Source of the DNA: an uncultured Alphaproteobacteria bacterium | GTDB lineage: Bacteria > Pseudomonadota > Alphaproteobacteria > RF32 > CAG-239 | NCBI GenBank assembly: GCA_944393205.1 | Contig: CALXZI010000005.1 | Coordinates: forward strand, 1-60,433 | Length of the DNA stretch: 60,433 nucleotides | Direction: 5' to 3' | Part shown: positions 1-9,867 of the stretch, one piece after another | How positions within the stretch are numbered: the first letter of the stretch is position 1 | How the letters are laid out: every line of letters starts with the position of its first letter | Program-made: the position numbers and the translations under genes | The notes under the pieces: model-generated | The model's database searches: none | Seen by the model: only the letters and a program-made list of their open reading frames with translations | What the model was told of the DNA's origin: nothing

Positions 1-21
1 CTTTGTGTTTCTTTCCCTCAT
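1..21 (-). CDS. 5' end of a gene running off the window (MRERNTK...)
   Basis: ATG at 21-19 with GGGAGG RBS upstream on the minus strand; only 7 codons visible. Confidence 0.4.
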
Positions 22-199
22 ATTTTCCTCCCAATACAACAACACCTTCTTTTTTTATGGAATTATGGCCCGTTTTTTTTTTTGCAATTTTAAAGAGTCT
101 CGTGGGGATAAGTTACCGCCTTAAGGTTGTGTGCTTAAAAATCAGACTTCAATCATTATATGCAAAAAACTGAAATTAAACAAATTGAATAAAAACAAT

Positions 200-228
200 T
201 TGACTTTAGACAAAAAATATCGTATTTT
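200..228 (+). promoter_or_regulatory. Putative sigma70 promoter
   Basis: TTGACT-N17-TATTTT, 26 bp upstream of the ATG at 255. Confidence 0.45.
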
Positions 229-254
229 ATAGGCAAACCTTAAATTATTAAGAT

Positions 255-977
255 ATGGAAATTGACTACGACAGAATCGCTCTGATATCTGGGATATCCA
301 AGAGCGAGCTCAAAGAATTGAGCTGGAAAGAAATTGTTAATGAGATCCTCTTACCCCGTATGGCAGGTCTGCCGGAAACACGGCAGCGCATCGGCGACAG
401 CTTTATGTCGTTTATGGCTTATAACGCCAAAGAATGCGTTTTCCTTGATAAGGAGCTGGCAATGGTTCTTCTGGAAATTGCCATGCAACGCCTTTCCAAC
501 GGCGCCGTGTTACACGAGCCCACCAGCTGGGAAACACTCCCCGAGGCGTATAAAATGTACTCCTCCAAATGGGATGAACCTGGCATCATGAGTGAAGGAT
601 GCTACAAGTTCATCAATCAGGCGTTGCCGCTGTGTCTGCGTTATGATGAGACGCGCGAGCACGCCTTGAAGATCTTCTTTGGCTTAATAAGCCATCTGGA
701 CGAAAAAGGGAATATAGATGTAAATTATCTGTTTCCCAGTCCTCTGCGAAAGATGGCCGGCAGTTTATACTGTTTCGCCAAAAGCCAAATAGAAGGACGA
801 GACGGCGCAAGTTTTGAAGAAATCTTCAATAATTACGCCCGTCCCGGACAATGGGAAAAACATAAGATTTGGTTTGCCGATAACGGGGACCAAATCAATT
901 GGAAAAAGTTTTTCCAAGCCATTCGGGTGAAAGGACTTTTGAGAAAATATCGGATAAAAAAAGAGATATTTTCTTAA
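255..977 (+). CDS. Hypothetical protein
   Basis: 240-aa ORF with an upstream promoter and downstream terminator; no motif recognised. Confidence 0.7.
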   Translation: MEIDYDRIALISGISKSELKELSWKEIVNEILLPRMAGLPETRQRIGDSFMSFMAYNAKECVFLDKELAMVLLEIAMQRLSNGAVLHEPTSWETLPEAYKMYSSKWDEPGIMSEGCYKFINQALPLCLRYDETREHALKIFFGLISHLDEKGNIDVNYLFPSPLRKMAGSLYCFAKSQIEGRDGASFEEIFNNYARPGQWEKHKIWFADNGDQINWKKFFQAIRVKGLLRKYRIKKEIFS

Positions 978-982
978 GACTT

Positions 983-1015
983 AAAAAAGCGGCTTAATTT
1001 TTAGGCCGCTTTTTT
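983..1015. terminator. Bidirectional intrinsic terminator
   Basis: AAAAAAGCGGCTT...AGGCCGCTTTTTT hairpin between convergent genes. Confidence 0.8.
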
Positions 1016-1037
1016 ATTTACATTTTATAATAAGTAT

Positions 1038-1817
1038 TTATAAACCGCACACAATCGCCAAACCGCAAGCCATAATCGTGCCACCGGCAAGTTCGTGCGC
1101 GTAAGGCTGCAGTTTTTGCAGGCGCATTGCTTTTATACCCAGCATGCCGACTGTGACCATAACCATCATCGTGGCAATCGTGGCAAATGAAAACAGTAAA
1201 GTCGTGCTGACAACCACCGTGCCGCCCATCACGCTGGAGGCTGTCAATATCGGCAGCAGTGCCTCGCACGGTCCTAAAACAAAAATGATGAACAGCACCC
1301 AAACACTGATATTCTTGTCGTTATCACTTTTAATCAATTCATGATGATATTCATGACCGTATTTATGGCGGAGGCGGTGCCAAACCGCCCAAAGCAGATA
1401 GGCGCCGCCCAAGCCAATCATGGCGTAAGCGGCCAAATCCGCCCGATTGTTTTCAATCCAGTTAAACTTGGTTTCCGTCAACCAATGCGAAAAATACACA
1501 AACAACAAAGCTATCAACAAAGCACTGACAATATGGCCGATGCCGCAAACAAAAGTCCAGAATAACGTTTTTTTCAAACCATAATTTCGGCTCTTGGCAA
1601 TGGCAATAAACGGCAGATAATGATCCGGACCGGTGACGGTATGGACAACTGCCGTGATAAAAGCGGTGAGAAGTAATGCTGATACCGTCAATTGCGTCGC
1701 ACTGTCAATACCTGCTGCTTGAGCCGCGTTTGCCATGGTCAAGCTTCCGCACAAAAAAACGGTGGCAAGTGTTGCGGTTAAAACTTTATTTTTCAAATTC
1801 AGCATTATTTTCTCCAT
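1038..1817 (-). CDS. Nickel/cobalt transporter (UreH/NiCoT-like membrane protein)
   Basis: Multiple TM helices, HTVTGPDH and GPCE motifs, His-rich loop; last gene of the lar operon. Confidence 0.75.
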   Translation of the reverse strand: MEKIMLNLKNKVLTATLATVFLCGSLTMANAAQAAGIDSATQLTVSALLLTAFITAVVHTVTGPDHYLPFIAIAKSRNYGLKKTLFWTFVCGIGHIVSALLIALLFVYFSHWLTETKFNWIENNRADLAAYAMIGLGGAYLLWAVWHRLRHKYGHEYHHELIKSDNDKNISVWVLFIIFVLGPCEALLPILTASSVMGGTVVVSTTLLFSFATIATMMVMVTVGMLGIKAMRLQKLQPYAHELAGGTIMACGLAIVCGL

Positions 1818-2631
1818 TTTTGTTGGTGGTTAAGCGTTCATCCTGACTGCCGGAGCGAAAACCTTGCAAATCCAGCGTGACGCGTGCAAAGCCGATGCTC
1901 TTCAAATTTGTAACGAGTTCTTCCCTTTTCGGCAGCAAAAGTGCAAAATCTGCCGCGTCAATTTCTATCCGCGCCGTGTTATTATCCGCGCGCAATCTCA
2001 AATTGCGAATCTGCGGGCAAGCTTTTTTGATAATCTCTTCACCTGCCGCAACTTGCGAAATTTTTTCAGGCTCAAGCGTCGTATTATAGGCAAAACGCGT
2101 TGCCATGCAAGGCACCGAAGGTTTATTTGCCGTGTCAAGGCCGAGTTTTTTTGACATTTCCCGCACGGCGGCTTTGTTTATCCCCAGCGTTGCCAGAGGC
2201 GAAACAACGTCCAACTCCTTTAAGGCTTTAAGTCCGGGGCGGTAAGTTTTAAGATCATCTGCGTTGGTACCGTCAAGCAAATATTTTATACCGGCCGCAT
2301 CGGCATTTTTCCGAAACAGCAAAAAAATATTTTTTTTGCACCAGTAACATCTATCCGGTCGGTTGAGCCGCACTTGTTCAATCTCCAGCGGATTGAAACG
2401 CAAAACCTCATACGGCACGCCGCTTTGTTGTAATTTTTGTTCCGCCGCTCTGATTTCTGCAGGATCTTGCAAAACAGTGACGGCGGTTAAAACTTTTAAA
2501 TTAAACGGCGCTTGTTGATACACTTTTTGCAACACTGCCAGCAGCAAGGCGCTGTCAACCCCGCCGGAAAAAGCCAGAGCAACACCAGCAGCCGAAAGTT
2601 CTTTTAAATATGCCTCAAGCTTTGTCAGCAT
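1786..2631 (-). CDS. larE: ATP-dependent sulfur transferase LarE
   Basis: PP-loop SGGVDS, RCYWCK, DGTNADD..YRPG, CMATRF, FRSGS motifs. Confidence 0.92.
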   Translation of the reverse strand: MLTKLEAYLKELSAAGVALAFSGGVDSALLLAVLQKVYQQAPFNLKVLTAVTVLQDPAEIRAAEQKLQQSGVPYEVLRFNPLEIEQVRLNRPDRCYWCKKNIFLLFRKNADAAGIKYLLDGTNADDLKTYRPGLKALKELDVVSPLATLGINKAAVREMSKKLGLDTANKPSVPCMATRFAYNTTLEPEKISQVAAGEEIIKKACPQIRNLRLRADNNTARIEIDAADFALLLPKREELVTNLKSIGFARVTLDLQGFRSGSQDERLTTNKNGENNAEFEK

Positions 2632-3909
2632 TTATTTTTCTTCCGCCGCTAGACGGCAGGCTTGTTGATAAAGCTCGCGGAAAGGTTCGCCAGTTGTATC
2701 GGACAAGGCCTTGATGCTTTCATATTCCGGATAATACCGCACAATGTCTTTGTAGGCGCATTTTTTTACTTTAACCTCTTGTTCGCGGATAAAAACCGAC
2801 ACAATCTCACGCGCCATGCAAGTGCGTTCCACAACGTATTTCCGCAAACCGATGGTTGAGGTGTGGCGGAAAATTGCGTCTTCAATCCGCGGCAAATCCG
2901 CCGCCGCGGCAACCACGCGCAATATATACGCCGGACGGTTCTTTTTCATGTAGCAGGTTTCAAAATGAACATCTTTGGCGCCGACAGCGAACAATTTTTC
3001 CATAGCCAAGCCCATTTCTTCAGGCGTAGAATCGTCAATATTGCATTCCGCCACATAAATTTTTTCGGCTTCCGATTCATTATTTGGGCGTGCCGCATCT
3101 TCCAAAATCATGGCGCGCAGAAAATTAGCCCTGCCGAAATCGCGCTTGCCCAAACCAACGCCGATTTTTAAGATTTTATAATTATCCGGCAGACGGTCGC
3201 TCGTTTTGACAGCGGCGGCGATAGCAATGCCGGTCGGGGTGACCATCTCACTTTTAGCATGACCGGCGCGCAAGGCAATGCCGTGTGCGCTTGCAATGTT
3301 TGCCACCGCCGGCACCGGAATCGGCAGTTGCCCGTGTTGGCACATGACGAATCCCTCCCCTTCGTTCAAGCCGGTAACAATAACGTCTTTGATGTCTAAA
3401 TCATCAAGCAAAACCGCCGCCGAAACAATGTCTATGATAGAATCTACGGCGCCGACCTCATGAAAATGGACTTCTTCAATGCCGCAGCCGTGGGCTTTGG
3501 CTTCAGCCTCCGCCACAATATGAAAAATCTTTTTAGCCAGATTTTTAGCGTTTTCAGTCATTGTGCCGCGGTCTATAATTTCGTAAACATCTTTTAAATG
3601 GCGGTGTTCGTGGTGATGGTAATGCTCGTGTTCATGCCCATGGTAATGTGCGTGTTCATGCTCGTGATGATGTTCCGGCATATAGGCGCTTTCCCGCATC
3701 GGCATCGTGTCATGCAGGCGGACGGCAAAATCACATCCGGCGATGCTGTATGAGTTTTTGCGGCTGATAACATAATCATAACCCTCAAGCGGCAAGCTTT
3801 GCAGCACGGCGTCTAGTTTTTGCCGATTGCCTCCCAAATCCAAAAGGGCGGCTACCGTCATATCGCCGCTGATACCGCAGGAACCTTCCAAATATAAATA
3901 TTTAGTCAT
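2632..3909 (-). CDS. larC: Nickel insertase LarC (NPN cofactor biosynthesis)
   Basis: GISGDM, His-rich tract, VHFHEVGAVDSIIDI, EMVTPTG, CNIDD, MKKNRP, PEYE; likely start MTKYLY at 3909. Confidence 0.93.
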   Translation of the reverse strand: MTKYLYLEGSCGISGDMTVAALLDLGGNRQKLDAVLQSLPLEGYDYVISRKNSYSIAGCDFAVRLHDTMPMRESAYMPEHHHEHEHAHYHGHEHEHYHHHEHRHLKDVYEIIDRGTMTENAKNLAKKIFHIVAEAEAKAHGCGIEEVHFHEVGAVDSIIDIVSAAVLLDDLDIKDVIVTGLNEGEGFVMCQHGQLPIPVPAVANIASAHGIALRAGHAKSEMVTPTGIAIAAAVKTSDRLPDNYKILKIGVGLGKRDFGRANFLRAMILEDAARPNNESEAEKIYVAECNIDDSTPEEMGLAMEKLFAVGAKDVHFETCYMKKNRPAYILRVVAAAADLPRIEDAIFRHTSTIGLRKYVVERTCMAREIVSVFIREQEVKVKKCAYKDIVRYYPEYESIKALSDTTGEPFRELYQQACRLAAEEK

Positions 3910-4585
3910 GTTTTCTTTCCAACATCCGTAAAATCCGGCAAGCCAAAACGCCGGCGCCGAATCCGTTGTCAATGTTGACCACCGAAATGCCCTCGGCACA
4001 AGAATTCAGCATCGTCAAAAGCGGCGACAACCCATTAAAAGACGCGCCGTAGCCGACCGAAGTGGGGACTGAAATCACCGGCGCTTCCACCAGACCGGCA
4101 AGCACCGTGCTTAAAGCGCCTTCCATGCCGGCAACGGCGATAATCACATCGGCTTTACGAATATCTTCAACCTTAGCCAACAAACGATGAATGCCGGTCA
4201 CGCCGACATCAAAATGCCTATCCACCGTCGCACCAAAAAATTCTGCCACTTGCGCGGCTTCTTCCGCCACCGGCAAATCCGCCGTGCCGCCGGTGCAAAC
4301 AGCTACCCTGCCCGGCAACTTATGCATCGGAGCAGCAGTCAGTTTGATAATGCGCGAGGTGGGGTCATATTCAAGCGGCAAGCCTTTGTCTTTGACATAG
4401 GCAAATTGTTCAACCGTGCAGCGTGTGCCTAAAACGGCAATGTTTTTTTCGTGAAATGAGCGCAGAATCCTTAAAAGCTGCTCATTGGTCTTGCCAGGGC
4501 AATAAATCGTTTCTGCCATGCCGGTGCGGTTTTGCCGCGTGGTGTCCAGTTTGGCAAAGCCGATATCATCAAATTTGTTTTCCAT
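3902..4585 (-). CDS. larB: NaAD carboxylase/hydrolase LarB
   Basis: GTADLPVAEEA, DVGVTGIHRL, VAGMEGAL, PTSVGYG, VVNIDNGFGA; start MENKF with GGAGG RBS. Confidence 0.93.
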   Translation of the reverse strand: MENKFDDIGFAKLDTTRQNRTGMAETIYCPGKTNEQLLRILRSFHEKNIAVLGTRCTVEQFAYVKDKGLPLEYDPTSRIIKLTAAPMHKLPGRVAVCTGGTADLPVAEEAAQVAEFFGATVDRHFDVGVTGIHRLLAKVEDIRKADVIIAVAGMEGALSTVLAGLVEAPVISVPTSVGYGASFNGLSPLLTMLNSCAEGISVVNIDNGFGAGVLACRILRMLERKHD

Positions 4586-4620
4586 TTTTTCCTCCGCCGG
4601 ATGTCGCAACCGGACATAAC

Positions 4621-5859
4621 TTATGCTTCAAAAGTTTTGGCAACCTCTTTGAGCCACTTGGTAATTTCAATGTGTTGCGGACAATGTTTTTCACACTGTT
4701 TACAGCCGATGCAGGCCGAAGCCTTGCCGTGTTTTTTGGTCAGATTATCATAATACATTTTTTGCGCCGTAAACGGTTTGCCGCCTTTTTCCTGCTTTTC
4801 GGCGTTATAAAGCGCAAAATATTCCGGAATGGCAATTTTCATCGGGCACCACTCCACGCAATACTGGCAAGCGGTGCAAGGAATGGTTATCTCGGAATGC
4901 AGTGTCTTGACCGCTTCTTCAATCACTTTCTTTTCTTGCGTATTCAGCGGTTTAAAGTTTTGCATATAGCTTGTGTTGTCTTCCACTTGTTCCAAAGTGC
5001 TCATGCCGCTTAAAACTTTCATGACGCCTTCAAGGCTTGCCGCATAACGCACCGCCCACGAAGCCACCGACATATTCGGCTCGGCATCCTTAAATATTTT
5101 TTCCACCGGCGGCGGAACTTGCGCCAATGTGCCGCCTTTGACCGGCTCCATCACAATCACCGGTTTGTTATATTTTTGAGCAACCTCATAGCACTTGCGC
5201 GACTGGATGCTCTTGTTGTCCCAGTCAATGTAGTTTATTTGCAACTGCACAAATTCCACTTCCGGATGTTCTTTTAAGACTTCTTCCAAAAGTTCCGGTC
5301 CGTCATGAAAAGAAAAGCCGATGTGTTTGACTTTGCCTTCTTTTTTCTTATCGGATATAAATTTGAAACTGTCAAACTTACGGACGTTGTCTATGGTCTT
5401 GGCATTGATATTATGCACCAGATAATAGTCAAAATATTCCAGACCGGTTTTTTCCAACTGCTTATTGAAGACTTCTTCCTGTTCCGCGGCGCTGTTTATT
5501 GACCCGACCGGCAGTTTGCTTGCCACCACGAATTTATCGCGCGGGTAACGTTTGACCAGCGACTCTCTTAACGCAATCTCGCTTTCATGACCCATGTACA
5601 TCCATGCGGTATCAAAATATGTAAAGCCGCGCTCCAAAAACAAATCCACCATTTTGTTTAAGGTATCATAATCAATAGATGTTTGATCTTGCGGGTCTTT
5701 TAACGGCAGACGCATAAAGCCGAACCCGAGCTTGTCGGCCGGATTGACTTGAGATTTGACCGCTTCGGAAACGGCAACCGTTTCCGCCAGCGTTAATTTA
5801 GGCAGCGCCGATAACGCAAACACCGCCAGCGAGCTCATTAAAAAATCGCGTCTGTTCAT
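4621..5859 (-). CDS. Tat-exported aldo/keto reductase with C-terminal 4Fe-4S dicluster
   Basis: MNRRDFL twin-arginine signal; [31 protein letters not shown]; CxxCxxCxxxCP twice. Confidence 0.88.
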   Translation of the reverse strand: MNRRDFLMSSLAVFALSALPKLTLAETVAVSEAVKSQVNPADKLGFGFMRLPLKDPQDQTSIDYDTLNKMVDLFLERGFTYFDTAWMYMGHESEIALRESLVKRYPRDKFVVASKLPVGSINSAAEQEEVFNKQLEKTGLEYFDYYLVHNINAKTIDNVRKFDSFKFISDKKKEGKVKHIGFSFHDGPELLEEVLKEHPEVEFVQLQINYIDWDNKSIQSRKCYEVAQKYNKPVIVMEPVKGGTLAQVPPPVEKIFKDAEPNMSVASWAVRYAASLEGVMKVLSGMSTLEQVEDNTSYMQNFKPLNTQEKKVIEEAVKTLHSEITIPCTACQYCVEWCPMKIAIPEYFALYNAEKQEKGGKPFTAQKMYYDNLTKKHGKASACIGCKQCEKHCPQHIEITKWLKEVAKTFEA

Positions 5860-5893
5860 GATAAAAATCTCCTTTTGGTTTTAAGATACGTTC

Positions 5894-5924
5894 ATCATAA
5901 AAGTTGGAGTGTGCTTTAAGTCAA
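5894..5924 (-). promoter_or_regulatory. MerR-type promoter/operator of the AKR-larBCE-Ni transporter operon
   Basis: TTGACT-N19-TATGAT with imperfect dyad TTAAAGCACACTCCAA in the spacer. Confidence 0.7.
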
Positions 5925-6673
5925 GATTTTTTTATGTACCCTGTGTGCTTTTTTTGCTTTTTTGCACGCTTTGTACGACAGCGGGCGGCATATAAGCCGG
6001 CTTCAAACAGCAGATATGTCGGGGTTGCCAACATCAACTGGCTTACCACATCCGGCGGGGTTAACAAGGCGGCAAGAATCAAAATGCCGACAATAATATA
6101 CGGGCGTTTGCTTTTGATGGTTTCATACGAAACAATGTCGGCGCGTATCAGCGAATAAGTAATGAGCGGAAACTGAAACATCAGCCCGAACACAACCGAT
6201 AGCCACAAAGCAAGGGTTACGATGTTTGAGATGCCAAACACCGCCTTGATATTGTCGGTGGCAAAACTGATGCCGAAATTTATCAGCATCGGTAAAATAA
6301 AAAACAAACAAAATAAAACACCGATAATAAACAACCCGCTTGAAACAAGAACGATTGATTTGACAAATCGGCGCTCGTGTTCATAAAGCCCCGGCAAGAC
6401 AAAATTCCAGATTTGTTTGGCAATGTAGGGAAAGCAAACGAGAATATCCAAAACCACCGCGGTTTTTATCTGCAAAATAAAAACTTCCATCGGCGAAAAA
6501 TAATTAAGCGTCACATCGTTGTCACGAATCATGACGGCAATCAGGGCGTCCAAAAACCACGGTGTCAACAAAAACACCGGCACAAGCCCCACCGCCAAAG
6601 CCAGCAGACTTTTGAGCAGCATGGCGCGCAACGCCTCCAGATGAGCAATCAGGCTTTCGTCTTTATCTTCCAT
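5921..6673 (-). CDS. tatC: Twin-arginine translocase TatC
   Basis: HLEALR, SPMEVF, QIWNFVLPGLYEHER, FQFP, LTPPDVVSQ. Confidence 0.93.
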   Translation of the reverse strand: MEDKDESLIAHLEALRAMLLKSLLALAVGLVPVFLLTPWFLDALIAVMIRDNDVTLNYFSPMEVFILQIKTAVVLDILVCFPYIAKQIWNFVLPGLYEHERRFVKSIVLVSSGLFIIGVLFCLFFILPMLINFGISFATDNIKAVFGISNIVTLALWLSVVFGLMFQFPLITYSLIRADIVSYETIKSKRPYIIVGILILAALLTPPDVVSQLMLATPTYLLFEAGLYAARCRTKRAKKQKKHTGYIKKS

Positions 6674-6691
6674 GAGCGGAGCCGATTGATT

Positions 6692-6904
6692 TTATTGTTT
6701 TTTATCTTTGTTTTCTTCGTCTTTGACGACTTGTTCAACCGTGTCTTTCAAGTCTTTTGCCTCGTTTTGCAAAAGCTCTTTGGCTTTTTTGTATTCATAC
6801 TGCGCCTTGCCCAAGGCTTTAGCCAATTCGGGAATCCGTTTGCCGCCGAAAAGCAGTAAAACCACAACCAAAATCAGGGCAATTTCTGTTAAACCTAATG
6901 ACAT
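6692..6904 (-). CDS. tatA: Twin-arginine translocase TatA/E
   Basis: [41 protein letters not shown] before ATG at 6904. Confidence 0.9.
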   Translation of the reverse strand: MSLGLTEIALILVVVLLLFGGKRIPELAKALGKAQYEYKKAKELLQNEAKDLKDTVEQVVKDEENKDKKQ

Positions 6905-6915
6905 TTTTGTTCTCC

Positions 6916-8196
6916 TTATCCTAAAATCTTTTGTTTTTCCACCGGAAGCATCGTGATGGCTTTGACCGGACAAACACTTTGGCAAGCGCCGCAGCCGATG
7001 CACTCGTCCGCGCTGATTTGCGGGTAAGCACCGTCTGCTTTACGGATAATCTGCCGCGGACATTCCCGCACGCAGAGGCCGCATTTGACGCAGATGTTTT
7101 CATCAACCACCGCAAGCGCTATTTGAGTTTTTTGCTTTTGTTCCAGCGTTATTTTTTTGATGGCGCCGGAAGGGCAGACCACACTGCATTTATGGCAGTT
7201 ATAGTCGCAAAAATTATCGCCGTAGTCAATATGCACGGTCAGATAATCCTCATTTGCTTTTTTGATGATTTTCATCGGACAGTTTTGCACGCACAAATTG
7301 CAGTTCAAGCAACGGTTGGCAAAATCATCGGCATTGTCCGCACCGGCGGGTAAAATCGCTTTTTTTAATTTGCCGACGGCAGCGCGGGCAAAATCCATAC
7401 CGCCGCGGATTGTGGCGGCAACAAATGCGGCAAATGCCGTACTGACAAGCAAACGGCGGCGCGCCGGACTAAACGGTATGATTTTTGCCGGTTTTATGCC
7501 GTAATGCAGACTATCTTTGCGGCACTGGTTTAAGCATTTGAAACATTTGATGCAGGTTTCATTATCAACCGTTTTGTTTTTGAAATCTATGCTGCCGGTC
7601 GGGCATTTGCGCGCACACAGCCCGCAGGATATGCATTTGTCGTTTTCAATATAAATTTTATTTAAGGCGATTTTGGAAAGCAACCCCAAGACAACCCCGA
7701 CCGGACAAATGTTGGTGCAAAAAAAGCGCCCTTTAAACCATACCAATATCAGCACCAAAACAACCGCCGTCAAACCTATCCATGCGCCGGACGCTGCCGC
7801 GCCGAACAAAGTGTACGGATCCAGCCAGCGTGCCGCCAACACCGTGCCGCCGGCTAAAAACCCGAACGTTACCACCGCCAGAAAATATTTAAAAGGCAAA
7901 TTTTTTTGCACACCGGTTTTGCGGCGAAAGACCGTCATAAACAATTCCTGCAAAAGACCGAACGGACACAGGGTTGAACAATAAAAACGTCCGAAAAGCA
8001 ACGTTAATGCCAGAAGAAGGCAGAGCAAGATAACGGCAGCAACCGAAAAATCCACCGCGACGCGCTGCAAAAGCGCCGTAAATTGAACATCAAAAATCCG
8101 CACGGGATAAAAAACGCCGGCAAATGCTAAAACACTCATAACGCCGATGACAAGCGCCAAAACCGCACGACCGTAATATAAAATTTTTTTCTTCAT
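6916..8196 (-). CDS. Polyferredoxin membrane protein (NapH/MauN-like domain fused to NapF/G-like ferredoxin)
   Basis: [12 protein letters not shown] and [10 protein letters not shown] motifs, six CxxCxxCxxxCP-type motifs, internal ARRRLL twin-arginine motif. Confidence 0.85.
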   Translation of the reverse strand: MKKKILYYGRAVLALVIGVMSVLAFAGVFYPVRIFDVQFTALLQRVAVDFSVAAVILLCLLLALTLLFGRFYCSTLCPFGLLQELFMTVFRRKTGVQKNLPFKYFLAVVTFGFLAGGTVLAARWLDPYTLFGAAASGAWIGLTAVVLVLILVWFKGRFFCTNICPVGVVLGLLSKIALNKIYIENDKCISCGLCARKCPTGSIDFKNKTVDNETCIKCFKCLNQCRKDSLHYGIKPAKIIPFSPARRRLLVSTAFAAFVAATIRGGMDFARAAVGKLKKAILPAGADNADDFANRCLNCNLCVQNCPMKIIKKANEDYLTVHIDYGDNFCDYNCHKCSVVCPSGAIKKITLEQKQKTQIALAVVDENICVKCGLCVRECPRQIIRKADGAYPQISADECIGCGACQSVCPVKAITMLPVEKQKILG

Positions 8197-8232
8197 GCTT
8201 TGTTTCCGTTTTTGAATAATTGCACTTTGTTT

Positions 8233-8263
8233 AATCTAATGTTGAAAGCGGGTTTTAAGTCAA
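8233..8263 (-). promoter_or_regulatory. MerR-type promoter of the polyferredoxin-tatAC operon
   Basis: TTGACT-N19-TAGATT with dyad TTAAAACCCGCTTTCAA. Confidence 0.62.
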
Positions 8264-8296
8264 GAAATAATTTTTTAAAAAAGTTAAAAAAAACAC

Positions 8297-8327
8297 TTGA
8301 CTTTGAGTTAACTCTAAATGTTATGTT
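8297..8327 (+). promoter_or_regulatory. MerR-type promoter of the DUF362 operon
   Basis: TTGACT-N19-TATGTT with dyad TTTGAGTTAACTCTAA. Confidence 0.72.
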
Positions 8328-8371
8328 GAATGAGATGAGGTTTCCATCGGTTTTGACATGAGGAGGAAATT

Positions 8372-8857
8372 ATGAGCCAAACCAAGACTTTTTATTATAA
8401 ATTCAACCCCATTAACGTGTGGATGATTTTTAACGCCGTGTTATTTATTATGATTTTGCATTGCTGCATCGTGTGTCCGTGCCTTTTGTTTTGGTGGCAG
8501 ACGCAAGTGATTATCGGCGTGTTCATCTTTTCAACCTTGGCATGGGGTTATAAATATGTTTTGAAACACAAAATGGCGGTGATTGACGATGAAGGCATCA
8601 CAATTGACCATTGCAACAAACTGCCGTGGAAAGATGTGGAGAACGCCGAGGAAAAAACCATCCGCTGTTGGTTTAAGAAATATGACGTCATTGTCTTAAA
8701 CCCTAAAAAAGGCATTGATTACAAGTATAATTTTTTACAAAGACATAATTGCGGGTTTACGGCATTTTCCATTCCATTGTATCCTATTGTTCGTAAAGAA
8801 GATATCAAAGAAATCCGCGATATTTTGAGCAAAAAAGTTAAGTTCAAAAAAGCCTGA
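8372..8857 (+). CDS. Hypothetical membrane protein (2 TM plus soluble domain)
   Basis: GAGGAGG RBS, two hydrophobic segments. Confidence 0.75.
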   Translation: MSQTKTFYYKFNPINVWMIFNAVLFIMILHCCIVCPCLLFWWQTQVIIGVFIFSTLAWGYKYVLKHKMAVIDDEGITIDHCNKLPWKDVENAEEKTIRCWFKKYDVIVLNPKKGIDYKYNFLQRHNCGFTAFSIPLYPIVRKEDIKEIRDILSKKVKFKKA

Positions 8858-8879
8858 TAACAAATGAAAGGTTAAGTTT

Positions 8880-9821
8880 ATGAAACGCAGAGATTTTTTT
8901 AAAATGTCAGCCGGCGCGGTTGCCGCCGGTCTGCTGGGCGGCGGAATTTATAAAACTTTTGCCGCATCACAAAAAGAAAAAGCCAAGGTTTATTACTCAA
9001 AAGAAATTACACCGGAAAAATTGAAAGAACTTTATCACAAGGTCAATCAGGACATCAGCGGCAAAGTTGCCATCAAACTGCACACCGGCGAAGCCAACGG
9101 CCCTAACCTGCTGCCGCGCGAACTCGCCAAAGCTTTACAAGCCGACATCCCCGACAGCACGATTGTGGAGTGCAACGTGTTGTACGGCAGTTTGCGGCAA
9201 AATACGGTCGGACATCGTAAAGTGCTGGAAATCAACGGCTGGACTTTCTGTCCGGTGGATATTATGGACGCAGACGGCGATGTTAATCTGCCGATTGCCG
9301 GCGGTAAACACTTAAAAGAAGTGGCGGTCGGCAAGCATATTGAAAATTACGACTCCATGGTGGTTTACACACATTTTAAAGGGCATGCCATGGGCGGTTT
9401 CGGCGGTTCTTTGAAAAATATCGCCATCGGTTGCGCTTCCGGCAAGGTCGGCAAAGCCCAATTGCACGGTTCAAACTGGGAAACCGGCAAGAAATTTTTG
9501 GAAAGAATGGTGGAAGGCGGCAAAGCAATAACTGACCATTTCGGCAAACATATTACGTATATCAATGTCTTAAAAAATATCTCGGTGGATTGCGACTGCG
9601 ATGCACACGGCGCCAAACCGACTTGTCCGGATTTGGGCATTTTGGCTTCAACCGATATTTTGGCGATTGATCAGGCCTCCGTTGACTTGGTTTACGCCCT
9701 GCCCGAAAAAGACAAACACGACATTGTGGAGCGCATTGAAAGCCGCGAAGGTTTGCATCAGCTGAAGTATATGGACAAGCTCGGCATGGGTAATCGCGAT
9801 TATGAGCTGATTGAGGTTTAA
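8880..9821 (+). CDS. Tat-exported DUF362 family protein
   Basis: MKRRDFFK signal; VAIKLHTGE, THFKGHAMGGFGGSLKNIAIGCAS, VDCDCD, DILAIDQAS. Confidence 0.85.
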   Translation: MKRRDFFKMSAGAVAAGLLGGGIYKTFAASQKEKAKVYYSKEITPEKLKELYHKVNQDISGKVAIKLHTGEANGPNLLPRELAKALQADIPDSTIVECNVLYGSLRQNTVGHRKVLEINGWTFCPVDIMDADGDVNLPIAGGKHLKEVAVGKHIENYDSMVVYTHFKGHAMGGFGGSLKNIAIGCASGKVGKAQLHGSNWETGKKFLERMVEGGKAITDHFGKHITYINVLKNISVDCDCDAHGAKPTCPDLGILASTDILAIDQASVDLVYALPEKDKHDIVERIESREGLHQLKYMDKLGMGNRDYELIEV

Positions 9822-9867
9822 TTAAAAAGCCGAAACAGACTTTAATATTGTCAAACAAGAGGTTGGA

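Noticed and set aside
73..83. Poly-T tract as a phase-variation site
   Set aside because: Intergenic, in AT-rich DNA, with no clear link to a coding frame or promoter spacer
3910..3999. N-terminal extension of LarC, and similar extensions for tatA and the genes at 35270 and 36717
   Set aside because: Extensions overlap upstream genes or motifs; downstream ATGs fit RBS position or family N-termini better
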